This document shows, piece by piece, positions 1 to 12,675 of a DNA stretch of 64,000 nt (position 1 is the first letter of the stretch; the number at the start of each line of letters is the position of its first letter). A program made the position numbers and the translations under genes. This DNA is from Azolla caroliniana (taxonomy: Eukaryota; Plantae; Polypodiophyta). Under the pieces are notes generated by a model. The model worked only from the letters and a program-made list of their open reading frames with translations. It had not been told where the DNA came from and did no database searches. Location: positions 9,796,001 to 9,860,000 of the forward strand of contig JBHGNT010000008.1 in assembly GCA_043228905.1 (NCBI GenBank), written 5' to 3'.

Positions 1-932
1 AAGTGAGGTGACGCCGAACCCTATGTAACATTAGACAACACCGACACAAAGGAGCAATCGAACAAGAGTTACAGAGGTGTGGAAAGCGAAGAAAGTGGAT
101 TAGAATTAATAATTGACATAGGGGAAGAGACTGAGGATACTACAGATGAGGAGAATAACAAGCATCGGCAACTTCGGCACATACCGGAGGATGTGCGGGT
201 TTGGAGGGGCCGAGTGTCATAGTGTAGTTCGTACACTACGTGAAAAATGTATAAAATAACCGATTCAATAAATATGAAGAAAAAGAAGAAAATATTAAAA
301 TATATATTACATGCCTAGGGTAAGATTTCAACCTTATATCTCCATGTTAATAATTTTAAGCCTTACAATTATACTAACACATCATGACTTAAAAAAGTTA
401 CTTCACACATTTTTTCTAGGGAAAAAAACTTTAGTTAGAAGAAAAACGCGTGATAGGAAAAAGCTACATATGCACATCTAGCGTGCATGAACACTATAGT
501 TAATTAAAAACACACGAGGTTAGAAAAAAACATAATCACTTTTAGAAGAAGCATGTTAGAGAAAGCATATAGTCTATAGAGAGAAAAGGCACGGATTGTT
601 GAGACTCTCCCATTACTATATAAGGATGGGAGTAAGATGTAAGTGGGGGTGGAATATTTGGAAATTGAATATGATTCTAAATACCGATTAATAAACTATA
701 CTCGTGGGACTCACGAGGTTTCTATATCCTTCTCGTTCAATCTAAATTCATATTCTTATCTAAATATTGATTAATAAAATACATTATACTTGTGGGATTC
801 ACAAGTTTTTTATTTCTCTTTCTTATAATCTATTCATAACTAGACTCGTCTCAAATTCTTCCTCCTCCTAGTGGAAAACCCCAGTGGTTCCCACCCGACT
901 TGCGCAATGATCCGGTGATGAAAGGGACGACA
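1..932 (+). mobile_element. 3' end of a Ty3/gypsy element (integrase tail, PPT, 3' LTR 215-932), diverged relative of the 33873-41353 family
   Basis: 1-214 resembles the reverse complement of 34690-34900 (EESGLELIIDIGEE vs EESGLQLIVDIRGE; ...ATACCGGAGGATGTGCGGGTTTGGAGGGG PPT). LTR runs TGTCATAGTGTAG...GGGACGACA, matching the TGTCGTAGTGTAG...GCACGACA ends of that family. Confidence 0.8.
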
Positions 933-1328
933 TCGTAAGTGAAAAATATTCGTTTGGGAATTGCCACCATGAAGCCTTAATCGTTGTCCTCCCATGTGTT
1001 AAACCCTTGTTCTTAATGAAATATTGAACAATAGAATTCCATGGTTTTGAGTTTGAATACATGTCTTGTAATAATGAAAATCTAAAAGCCATCATATGCA
1101 TAGATAAGTCCAATATTCCAGCTCCCCCCAAGCATACAGGGGTTGCTAGATGATTCGATGCAACCCATGTGATTCCTATCTTATCCCTCTTCCTCTATAA
1201 TAAATATCGAAGAGGTTGCAAAAAAGAATGCAAAGCCTTCTTTGTCAATGGCAACAATGGCAAGTAATATAACATCGTGGGTTCCATAATACATTGTACA
1301 ACCTTCAAGCGTACATGAATTTTGTCAC
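933..1328 (-). pseudogene. Fragment of a non-LTR (LINE/L1-like) ORF2, region C-terminal to the RT
   Basis: Minus-strand translation gives ...ITWVASNHLATPVCLGGAGILDLSMHMMAF..., resembling the 'W(V)AW..L..P...GGLG..D' motif of plant L1 ORF2; contains stops. Confidence 0.55.
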
Positions 1329-3016
1329 TGTCGACATACATAATGACTCGAACGTCTTACTTCCTAAGTTGTTCTGTCAAGAAGATTGTGGTTGGAACTA
1401 TGCTATTTGTTGACACTAGTTTTTTACTCAAAACTTTATATAAACATCAGTTAAACAGAACTTAATTACTCAAATTATAACATAAACTCTAGATTGATTG
1501 TTAGTTATAGTATACTCTGTGTAGTATAGAACCGAATTTGAACATCTGACACAGTAAATAGATAGAGAAAGTGAATCTGAGTAGACGACACAATGAATAC
1601 TCTAACTACCAAAATTATATTACTAACCAAAACAGACCGATCATGATACAATGCTATGGGCCCCTTATTATAGGCGATCTGAGAGACTTTTCCAAGATAG
1701 TACACTTGCCTATTCGACAAGAACCTACAATTATACTAACCATTCTATTTTCTAAATTACTCTATTTTCTAGTTGGCAAAATTATATTCTTCAACTACTA
1801 TCTTTTCACATTTGGCTGACTCCGACTCCGACCTTACTTTGGGTAGCCGATCGGCTCACATGTGGCATGCCAGTGGGACAGTGCCTTGCACGGTCGAACA
1901 TCACCCTCAGTCCTGGTTGTTCTCTTTAGCATTTCCATCCTCAGGGTCGTCATTGGTCAGGTCGTCTTCACTTCCACGCACATCATCATCTTCATTGAGT
2001 ATATCCAGCAAAGTTGGCTCCTCGTCTTCTTGATTTTCCATGTCAGCCGGAGGTGTTTGATCTTCTGTTTGTGGTTCCCGCTTTGTCCGCAACGTCGATT
2101 CTGCCTCCTCTTGCTCCGCATCTTCCTCCTTGTGCGAGCTACCGACTAGTACCATTTGACTAGACTCCTGCTCAGTTGGTTCGGCGTGGTCATTTTCCTC
2201 CAATTCCCCTTCCTACCAATGACATTCCCTCTCGCATGCATCAAGTTCCAAGGCAACTGCTCTTTGTTGGTCGTCGAATTCTTCTAGCAACTTATTGATT
2301 TCTTCTTTATGGTGCGTGGTTAGCTCATATATATCATTTGCGAATTCATCTCTTACCATGGTTATGCTCACTTCATCCATTTTAAAGAAGCCTTGTCCTT
2401 GCTTTTCTTTTTTACTGTTCTCATGGTCTGCCCTCAACAATTGTAATTTGGCAGCTTGAGTCGACCACATTTTCCAGCCATTATCTAGTGAGCCGGTAAT
2501 CATTTGACGCATTTTTTGCTTGTGCCTTGACAATATGAAATGCGTGTTCTACTCCCCCATGTTAAGTTTGCATTTTAGAGTGGCCATTTCCTTTTCTAAA
2601 TCTTCTAGTTGATTTTCCGCCGAGCCCTTGCTGAATAGAAGCTTTGCCTCTGCTATTAGTAATGCAGTACAGACCTGTTCGTACTTCTCAGCAAGCTGGG
2701 TGTGGTTCCTAGTAGTTCCTAAATTTTCATTTCGATCTTAGCAATGTGCTATGAATAATGATCCTCCTGTATTTTAAGATACATTTCGAGCTCATCAATC
2801 ATGTCTTGTTGCCCCTCCCAATTTTGCAGTTGCTTATTGAGGTAATCAATTTCCTCCTGTTTGGCCTGAAATGTGACTTGAATTTTCCTCTAGAACTTGT
2901 CCAGATGTTGCTTAGCTTGTCAGAATCGATCTTTAATGGTCTGCACTTTGTTCTCCGCCACTTCTCTTCTTTTGTTGGCGTGTTCGAGTAACTTCTACAT
3001 CTCCAATAGTTGATCC
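1329..3016 (-). mobile_element. Putative LTR (1329-1810) plus decayed coiled-coil/acidic extra-ORF region of a retroelement
   Basis: AT-rich TG...CA block followed by minus-strand ORF remnants 1907-2203, 2213-2533 and 2799-3026, similar in composition to the extra ORF at 3604-5563. No TSD found. Confidence 0.35.
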
Positions 3017-6000
3017 TTGTTACCAAATAGGGTTAACACGACCTACCCTTAGTCCTTTGGGGTACAACTCAAGGATATTGTAGTGCAAAGAATGGAGAGT
3101 GTGACTAGTCTATTGCGCAAGCGGAGGGGAAAGGGTATGCGGGAGACAGCTACAACCGATCTCCTTCGCTCAATGCGTCACCGTTACACAGAAACATTTA
3201 CGTAATTCCCACACATTGAAAATACATAAAGAAGAACACTCAAACACAACAAGTCAGAAACAATATGACTATATTTCAGAGGTTACCCAAATAACTACGC
3301 TACCCTTTACAAGTTTTCCATGCCCTTTATATACAGGGTCATGGTTGGTTACGCTTGGCGCGTGAACCGTTACAGACGTTGAAAAACGCTTCATCTTAAC
3401 GCTTTGTCCTCGTCATTACACTACGGATGATTCTGACTCCACTCGTCCCCTTTCTTCCACGTTTTCCCACTTAGGCCGACATAGGTGGACAACACCTGGC
3501 ACGCACGTGGGACAGTGCTCGAGCACGTTGAACCCACTATCACCCTTTATTCCTCGTTGAAAATATCAAGGATATTGGGTTCCGGGTGATTGCCCCTACT
3601 AGTTTAGACGGGAGTTGCCGCGACGTTAATTGGCTCGGCCATGTCGGACTCCGGCTGTGGGCTTGGTTTCGTGGAGAAAAGTCCCGACAGTTGTCCGGGT
3701 TGTGTTGATTCCGACGCCGTTGCTTGCGTTGGTGCTTGCTCTGTGGTGTCTACACTCGGCGCGTTGTCCTCATGTTGGTTGTCGTTGGGAAACTCCAGTA
3801 GTGATTCTTCCCATAGTTCCCCTTGTACTTCGTCGTCTGTGTTTGCGGGGGTATAGTCGGGGTCACTTGGTAGCCCGAGGGATTGCATTGTCGTGGTCTC
3901 CACCTGTGGCTCCTCATGAGGGCCCTCTTCAGTCGTAACTCCTGGGTGGGGTGGGTATCACTTGGTGTGGATTCTGGAGGTTGCGGTTCCGTAGTAACCT
4001 CTGGGGCGTTGTCATTTTCTTCTGTACCTTCGTTTTGTTCCACGGGGTCGCTGTCCGGAAGGATGATGGCCGCCGCTCTTTCCTCCTCTGTTCTCCTTTG
4101 TTGTGCTTCAATAGCTCGTAGTTGGATGGAGGTATCAATGTCGCTATCCCCGAAATCTTCAAGTAGTTGTATTATCTCCTCGGTGTGGCGGTCAGCCAGG
4201 GCTTGTTAGTGTTGCGTAAGGTCCTCTCGGACCGTAGCAATGCTTTCCTCACTCAATTTGTAGAAGTCTTTCCCTTCCTTCTGGCGGTTCTCCCACCAAT
4301 CATCCCTATATGTGTGGAGCTCAGCTGCCTTTGCCACCCAACCAACTCAATCTCTATTTAGGGCCGCTTGCAACTAGGCCGTAAACTAGTCTCGCTTTCT
4401 TTCTAGGAGGGTGTGAATGTGCTCCATGCTGAGGTTCGTGCGGGCCTGTAAGTCGTCAAGAGCATTTTGGAGGTCCGCAATTTTCCGTTGGTAGGTGATT
4501 GTTGCTTCTTCGTAATGAGTTTTTACTCCCATCCAAATCTACGACTCCTTCTCATGGAGTGCCTGCAATTTGCTCATCTCGTTATTCAAGCGGATTTTGA
4601 CATCTCGAGCTACCTGTTGTTGGTTCTCGATCTGTTCATCGTATCATGCCTTCTTCTTCTGCGTTGCCTTCTTGTCGGGCCACCTCGTCCTTCTGCTTAT
4701 TGAGTTCCCCCGTCGTTAACGCGTACACAATGATCTCTGCGTCCGGCTTCTCCTGCAATGCTTTTATGGCCTTGCTTCCCTTGGCCTCGATATTTGCCTC
4801 TCTATCCAAGGATTGCCGGAGTTCTGACCGGAGGCGTTCAATTTCCATTTCGGCCAGCTTTGTGGCGCGCTCTGCATTGGCCATGATCTCCTCGAGGGTG
4901 GCTGCCTTTTTTCGTAGCGACTGAAGTTTAGATGTTTGGGAAGCGGGGTTGGGTTAGGTTGTTGTTCAGCTTCCGAGGATACCGGTTCTGTAACTCGTGT
5001 ATTTTTGTCCTCCTCCCACTCAGTTGTGGTGAGTTTGGCCTGTTTCCATTTTGTTGACTGTGGTCGGGCCGATACTGGGGGGGCTGGGGCGGAAACAATA
5101 TTCTTAAATATTGTTGGATGATGGGGTGAAGTTTCTTCCCAGCCTAGAATGCGTGAAGACCTTCTCGCAGCACATGTCCTTCGAACATCGCGATGACGAT
5201 GCCCACTTTCTGTTTAGGCATATCCTACACATTGGTGTGTACGCACCCTACTTCGAGTTCGAACATCGCGACTTCATGAACGGAAGGATCAGGCACATCC
5301 CGCGTCCTGTAGGCTTTGGCCAAGATGGAGTATTCCCCAAAGTAGCTCTTGAGCACTCTTGCTAGAGGGATCTCGAAGTGGCGTTCCGCATCTCCAAACA
5401 GGCCTAACTTCTTCCTGATGGTGACGTTTGTGATGGTGTTCATATTTAGTTTATTTGCCATCTCTTGTGCGTTTGGGTGAGGCGGTGCCTCTGCCACTTG
5501 GATGTAGCATGCAAGGCCTTTGTCGTGGAGCCACCGCCGCAGGGTTGGGGAGATGTCAATCATCCATCTCTTCGGGGACAGATTAAGATGAGCAAAGGGG
5601 ATGTTTCAAAGGCAAGGTTCGAGCAGTAGAGCTTCTATGATGGCAAGGTGAGTAAGGAAAGGGAGGGGAGCAGAGAGTATGTGAAGATTTATTTGAAATG
5701 TGCAGAAAAGTGACTCGCTTCCTGATTATGTGAAGATGGAAAGTTAGGGTTCAAGATTCATCGAGCCATGATGCGTCTACTTCCTTTCTTGGAAGTTGTG
5801 CCTGCATGTAATCCCTTTTTTTTCTTTTTTTCTTTTTCCATTTCAGACCTAACGGTGATGGGTGGCCTTATGGCACACTGAATGTTACATTTTTACAAGT
5901 GGGCCATGTTTAATGTGACATATGACCATTCCGGTCAGTCACCGTCGCGGAAGTGGGGCTATTTGTCCGCATCGACTCGAAAAAGGTTTGGCCTTTGAAA

Positions 6001-6404
6001 ACCATTGACCTTTTGGCGTAACACCTCTCCTGCAAGGGTGCCCATACTGGTCTTGAAGCTGGTGCAGTATACCCATAGGGCGCTGTGCAGCTTCGTATCC
6101 CAATCCATGCGGTCCTCATTGATCATCTTCAGTATATTCTAGAGGGTTTTGTTCGTCGATTCCGCAAGTCCATTGGCCTATGGATAATAGGACGTGCTTT
6201 TCTTATGGACTACGGCGTAATGTTCAGTGAGAATGCAGATTACTAAGGAAATGGCTTCCTTGGTCACTGATCAGCTCAATAGGTCAACAAAAGCAGCACC
6301 AAATGTGCTCATATAAGAATTTTTCCGTGGAAGTCACGGTATTGTCTCTTAATGCTTTGGCCTCGACCCATTTTGTACAGTAGTCCGTGGCCACTAGCAT
6401 ATAT

Positions 6405-7150
6405 TGCTGGGAAACAGGTCACTCCGGATGGGAAGAACAGTATGACCCGGATGAGGAAGTACCCGACTGCGGAGAGTCGGATGGTGCAGGCCCGGTATGA
6501 ACCGGATGAGGAAGTACCCGACTGCAGAAAGTCGGATGGTGCAGGCCCGGTATGAACCGGATGAGGAAGTACCCGACTGCAGAAAGTCGGATGGTGCAGG
6601 CCCGGTATGAACCGGATGAGGAAGTACCCGACTGCAGAAAGTCGGATGGTGCAGGCCCGGTATGAACCGGATGAGGAGTACCCGACTGCAGAGAGTCGGA
6701 TGGAGCCCATCGAGGCTACATTTGTAAATAGCCGAAAAGTCATATTAGTATAAATATGACTTAGGGCAAACTTCTGTGACGTTGTTGTCATTCTTACTGT
6801 TATTTTCTTCTGGTTGGTGCAAGAAGAGATTAGAGCGCGTAACTGTACAGAGAGAGAGAGAGAGAGACGAGGTCGTTGCCTCCGTTGTAACCGCCGCCTG
6901 TGGCGAAGATCTGAGAGCACGGGGTCGTTGCCTCAGTGATCTCACTGTTGTACATTTTTCGACATAGTGACAGTTTGCAGCTTGTGGGCTGTCGTGGTTT
7001 TTTCCCCCTCTTGGGGTTTTCCACGTATACCTCCTGTGTAACGTTTCTCCTCTTTTGTGTTGCGTTTTTTTTATTACCTGTTTTTCTGTGTATGTAAAGA
7101 ATCTCGGTTGTGGCCGCGAGTCGGACATAAGGAACGTCGAGTTCCCGACA
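6405..7150 (+). mobile_element. Solo LTR of a Tork-like copia family, inserted in the gypsy integrase
   Basis: TGCTGGGAAACAGGTC...GTTCCCGACA with TSD TATAT (6400-6404 / 7151-7155). Shares TATAAATATGACTTAGGGCAAAC and GGTTGTGGCCG with the LTRs at 57675 and 29047/43123. Removing it restores the integrase frame. Confidence 0.9.
6447..6703 (+). repeat. 55-bp tandem repeat (~4.7 copies) in the U3 of the solo LTR
   Basis: Unit CCGGATGAGGAAGTACCCGACTGCAGAAAGTCGGATGGTGCAGGCCCGGTATGAA starts at 6447, 6502, 6557, 6612 and 6667. Confidence 0.95.
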
Positions 7151-10100
7151 TATATTTATTTCCTACTCATCTCGCGGCTAGAGTAAATGGTTCGACAAAA
7201 TCAAGACCCCATTTCTAGAATGGCTCGAGCAGTAGCACTGGTTGGTGGGCCATCCGCACTAATTCTGTTGGTTGGCCCATTCGATGAGAGAGGTCACATT
7301 CTTTGAAATACACATGGGAATACTTTTGTGTTCTCGGCCACCGGAGATCCCCTGCGTGGTTAACTCCCCCGCGTAGCGCCCCCTTGTTATGCCGCAGTGA
7401 GCCTCCCGTACACACCTATGCCAAATACCGTTGTCGCCCTTATGGTACAATATTCCTTCTATCAGACAGAAGTTCCGGCTTCTGACCGCCAGTCATTTCT
7501 TTTCATCTGTACGTACGCGTGGAGGTGACAACCCCGTACTTAAGAAATAAGACACGTGTCCGGGGAGCCATGTGTCCAGGGAGCGCTGACCTTCTTCTGC
7601 AACATTTGTCGAAATATGCAGGATTCCGGTTTCCAGAAAGTCGTCGTGGCCTTCTACCGCTTCTTCATCATGTTCGATCTGGCTCAAATAATCCACTACT
7701 GCATGTTGGGTTCTTGGCCGATGCTGAATCTCAAATTCAAATTCTTGCAACAACAGCATCCACCAGACCAGTTTTCCGGTCAGTGATTGTTTTGAGACGA
7801 GGTATAACAATGCATGTGTAAGCATTACTTTTAGCACTTCAGATGCCTTGTCTTTCATCAATATCCATTGGAAGGGGGTGCAATGTACTGCTGCATGTAA
7901 AGGCTTAGCAAAATCCGCCAGGTTCCGGGGCATTCGGTTGTGCTAGTGAGTTTGCCCCAAGAACTAGCTAAGAGCCTTTGCGTTGCATAGAGCCAGCGCC
8001 TCCACAATGGCTTTGATTTTCCCATGATGCACTACGATACCATCTTTACTCACTATGTGCCAAAGCAGGGACCCGCTTCTGACGTCGAACATGTATTTGG
8101 CCGGATTGAGACTCAGTCGTGCTGAAGGGCATCGCTCTAAGCATAGTCGTAGAAGTCCTAAATGATTTGCTTGTGTTCCATAAACCGGAAAGTGATACAG
8201 AAAAGCCTACATGAATGTGGGGATGAACTCGCCAAAAATTTCAGCAATGATGCGTTGGAACGTGTCTAGGGCGTTTTTTAATCTAAACATCATTACTACG
8301 GCCACGAAAATGCCCCAGTCTATTACAAAGGTGGTTTTCTCCTAGTCATCTGGGTGCATACGTATCTGGTTGTAGCCGCTAAACCCATCCAGGAGATTGT
8401 ACATTTCATGACCCGCGACGCCATCAAGTACACTATAAGTAAATGCCAATGGAAAGGCATATGTGATCGTTACTATGTCTAATTTGTGATACTCAACACA
8501 AACGCGGATTTTACCTTTTTTCTTTGGTACGACCATGATCGGGAGAAGCCATGTGGCTTGTTTTGTTAGTAGGCAGCCGCGGTGACGGTTGCCCAGTCCT
8601 GGTGCATGTGTTTAACATTGGCTTCATTTGCCTTCTCTACCCAAGCAGCTTTCGCAGCTTCGCGGATCTCGTCTTGCTTTGCCCATTCCGTGGTTTTTGC
8701 CTTACTACGGGTCGTGACTTGTTAGACTTCCACGATGATGGTGTTCACTACTAGCTCTTTCCTTTTATTACGTTGTGGCATTGCGTCGCGTAGTGTCCTT
8801 ACACTGGACTCACCTTTTTCGGTGACTATTGGTGCCACCAGCTCATCTGGTGGTGCCGGCTCCTCCCGAGATCTCTGGTAATTCCTATTATTACAAGGTT
8901 TCCTTCGATTATCACGACAATCATCCTGACGATGCTCCTCCGAACTCTTGTCATGGATCCGCTGATTCCGCGATTGACGGTTTCCTCCGTATGAGCGTGC
9001 CTCGGCCTGGCCACCACGATTGTTAGTGGAATGCCATTTATCATAGTGTCATCCTCCTCGACGATTATATCGATCATGTCTTGGGTACTCCTTCTCCTCC
9101 TGATCCTCTTTGTTTGAATATGGTCCGTTGTCGCGGCGAGGACGGCTGGGATGGCCCAAATGATTATTGTGTTCCGAATTCCAGTAGTGCTCTTCTTGTC
9201 GACTCTGGTCTGTTGTTGGTGAGGATGCTACGGCTCGATCCGGCATATTGGTGCAATAGGGCAATTTAACATATTGGTCCACCGTATGTGCCAAGGAGTG
9301 GCAGATAGAGCAGTGGGCCCGCATGTTGCACTCGATCGTGGAATGTCCCGAATTCAAGCATATCGTGGACTGGACAACCTGCCGAAAACGATACTTCTCC
9401 TCCCGTGGTAGTTCTTGTCATAACGATGTCATGGACATAACATCATCTTCGTCCTCATGTTCCATCTGCAAAGCCCGTTCAATGACCATATCCGTCATCT
9501 GTCCCGTAAAGTTCTCCAATCCCAACGTCGTTCGCAAAGAGCGGTGCAAGGTAGCTCCGAACGTTTCTTTGGCCTCGTCCTCCGTGGGAGCTCTCGTCAA
9601 CTGGTGCCTTAGATTCTAGAACCGTAGGCTGAAATCAATGACAAACTCTTGTTGAAGCTGTCGAATAGAGTAGAACTGTTTGATAATTTTGTGATGCGGA
9701 ATGCTTCGATGAAAGAAACATAAAAACACTGACTAAACTTGGTTAAGCTGGGCATGCGAACGGGTGGCACGTCCATCGAGGGTTAGACCAAACACTGCGA
9801 TCTTGGAAGCATGAACAACAAGATGGTAGGTTGATGAACCAATGCGTTTGAGGACTATAAAAGGTCCACAAAACCGTGGAGCTACCTTAATGCACTTACA
9901 TGTAGACAATGTCTTAGAATTGTGAGGTACACATAAAAATATTTTCTTTCCAGGGTTGAATACATGATGTTGTCTATAATGAGCAACATAAAAACACACT
10001 CTATCTTGAGCTGTTTTTATATTATCTCGTGCAATATGCAACATATCTTGCATATCCCGAAGAAAGTTTTGCGTACATCGCAACACATCATGATGTATAT

Positions 10101-12675
10101 TAACATCAATTAGGGCTCGTGGCTTAAAACCATACATCAACATAAAATGACTATATCCCATCGATATATGTTTGGAGTTGTTATGACGTTCCCATTTTGT
10201 TGGTTTGTATCAACATATGCGTGAAGCATGTCCTCAATAATTTGATTTACTTGTTCTGTCTATCCATCGGATTGAGGATGATCTGTGGAGCTAATGCTCA
10301 ACGTAGTTTCTAACTTCTTAAAGACTTGCCTCAAACGTCATTAGTAAACATTCGATCTCGAGCACTCATGATATACATCGGTAACCCATAAAAACTAAAT
10401 AACTCATCAACGAATTGGTAAGCCAATTCAGGAGTTGTTATCGTGGTTTTTGTGGGAATGAACCTAGCCATTTTAGTTAGTCTATCAACCACAACCTAGA
10501 TGGCATCATAACCTTTTTGGGTGCAAGGAAGGCTAACAATAAAATCCATGGATATACTTTCCCACTTATTATTGGGAATTTCCAAGGGATGTAAAAGGCC
10601 AACGGGTTTAAGTCGCTCGACTTTGTTAACCCGACACTAGTGACATTTAGTCACATAGTTATGTATGTCAGGACGCATCGTAGGCCAATAGAATTGAGTG
10701 GAGATAAGAACAAGTGTACGATATATTCCAGGGTTCCCTATCGAGGGTGCATCATGGCATTCAAAAAGAAGTCTCTTTTTTACCTCAGGCAAATATGGAG
10801 CACAAACCTTCCCATTACGGTAGAGCAGACCGTTAGCAATGTGGAAGGATTCATTCGAGGATGTGGTGGTTTCTGGTTTAGACTAAACTCTTGCCCAAAA
10901 CTAACTATCATCAAGATACTTTCCTCAAAGGTGATCATAAAGATCTGATGTTATTTCAATGAAGCTAAGCATATTAACTTCACATATGCAACTCACTGCT
11001 TCAACGACAATGTTCATGGAACCTTTAAGATATCGTATGGAAAAATCAAAGTCCTAGATTAGATCAACCCATTGTGCCTTATGACCTTTCAGGTCTTCTT
11101 GGTCACAAAAATATTTCAAGGACTCGTGGTTCGTAGTTACCACAAAACGATTTCCATAAAGATAATGGCGCCATGTCTTGAGCATATGAAGAACTGCAAA
11201 TAATTTCTTTTCTTGCACAGTATATTGACACTGAGTAGAACCAAGTTTCTTACTCTCAAATGCTATTAGTTTACCATCTTGATATAGGATGATACATGTA
11301 GCATAATCACGTGCATTAGTTTCAACCTAAAAATATTTTGAAAGATCTAGTAAAAGAAGCAAAAGAGCATTGCATTCCAAGTCCTTGAGTTCCTTAAAGG
11401 CGAGGTCTAATGTAGCATGCCATACAATAGGTTTTGTAGACTTACGTGTTTGACCTTTGAGATGATCAATAAACAGTGTCGTCAATTCGGAGTAATTACG
11501 AACAGATTTTCGCAAAAACCTAACAAAACCAAGGAATGATTCAACTTCTCGAATAATCTGAAGAGTGGGTCAAAGTTTGACTTTCTCGATGCAAGAAGGA
11601 TCAATTTCAACTCCTCATGCGGTTATGAGATGTCCATGATAAGTAATTGATTTCTTGAAGAACTCCATTTTCAGATCTTCGCGTAAAACTGTTCGTCGCG
11701 CAATGTTTGTAAAACAAAGCTGACATGTTTAGCATGTTCTTCTAATGTACAACTATAAACTAGAATATCATCCAAGAAAATAACGACAAATTTTCCAAGT
11801 TGTTCTTGGAAAATGTCATTCATTTCTTGTGGAAATGTGGTCGCAACATTGGTCAAACCGAAAGGCATAACCAAAAACTCATAATGGCCATAGTGTGTAC
11901 GAAATGCCGTTTTAGGAACATCTTGCTCACATATACAAATCTGTTGATAGCCTGTACGGAGATCAAGTTTCGTAAAATACCAATCTCCCTAGAGACGGTC
12001 AATTAGATCGTTAGCCCGGGGCAATGGATATAAATTTTTGATCGTCACTTTATTCAAGCATCTGTAATTAATACATATATGCACTATGCCCTCTTTCTTT
12101 TTTAGCAAGAGAGTAGGTGCACTCCATGGAGATTTACTATAACGTATATAACCTATTCGCAAATAGTCCTTGAGTTGCTTAAATACCTCATCCTATTCGG
12201 ATCGACTTAAGAGATAAAGAGGTATACTTTTTTGGTGCAACACCAGGTACAATATCTAACGATGGTCTACATTACGTTCAGGAGGTAACCCATGTGGTAG
12301 TTCACTTAGAAAAACAACATGAGAATCATTTAAGATTTCATCAAGTTGTTGTTGTTCAAAATATGATAAATGACCCGAGACACGATCGATATTATAAACG
12401 TGAATGTTCGGATCAAGTACACAAGAAAATAAAGAAGAAGAAGACAACTTAGATATTGAGGGAGAGGAAACAATCAAATAAATTGTATTTTTACCAATTG
12501 AATAAAATGAGTACAATCGTTTAGTACAAAGGTACTGGAATGGTGAACCCAATCAATAGATAAAGAAGAGTTTTTATTAAAAAACCAGGGATAACCCAGT
12601 ATTACATCAATGGTAAAAAGATTCATTACATGAATGTCTACTTCCTCTGTATAGGCATCAATAGGAATTCCTAAT

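Larger units (their letters stand above)
3017..9710 (-). mobile_element. Degenerate non-chromoviral Ty3/gypsy element: gag (Zn knuckles ~9050-9700), RT (~8000-8550), RNase H/integrase (~6030-7930), long extra ORF (~3604-5563), putative 3' LTR ~3017-3420
   Basis: Motifs [87 protein letters not shown]. Many stops and deletions. Confidence 0.75.

Noticed and set aside
6447-6703. CRISPR-like palindromic repeats and ORF 6309-6920
   Set aside because: Head-to-tail 55-bp units with no spacers inside a solo LTR; the ORF is a by-product of the repeat.
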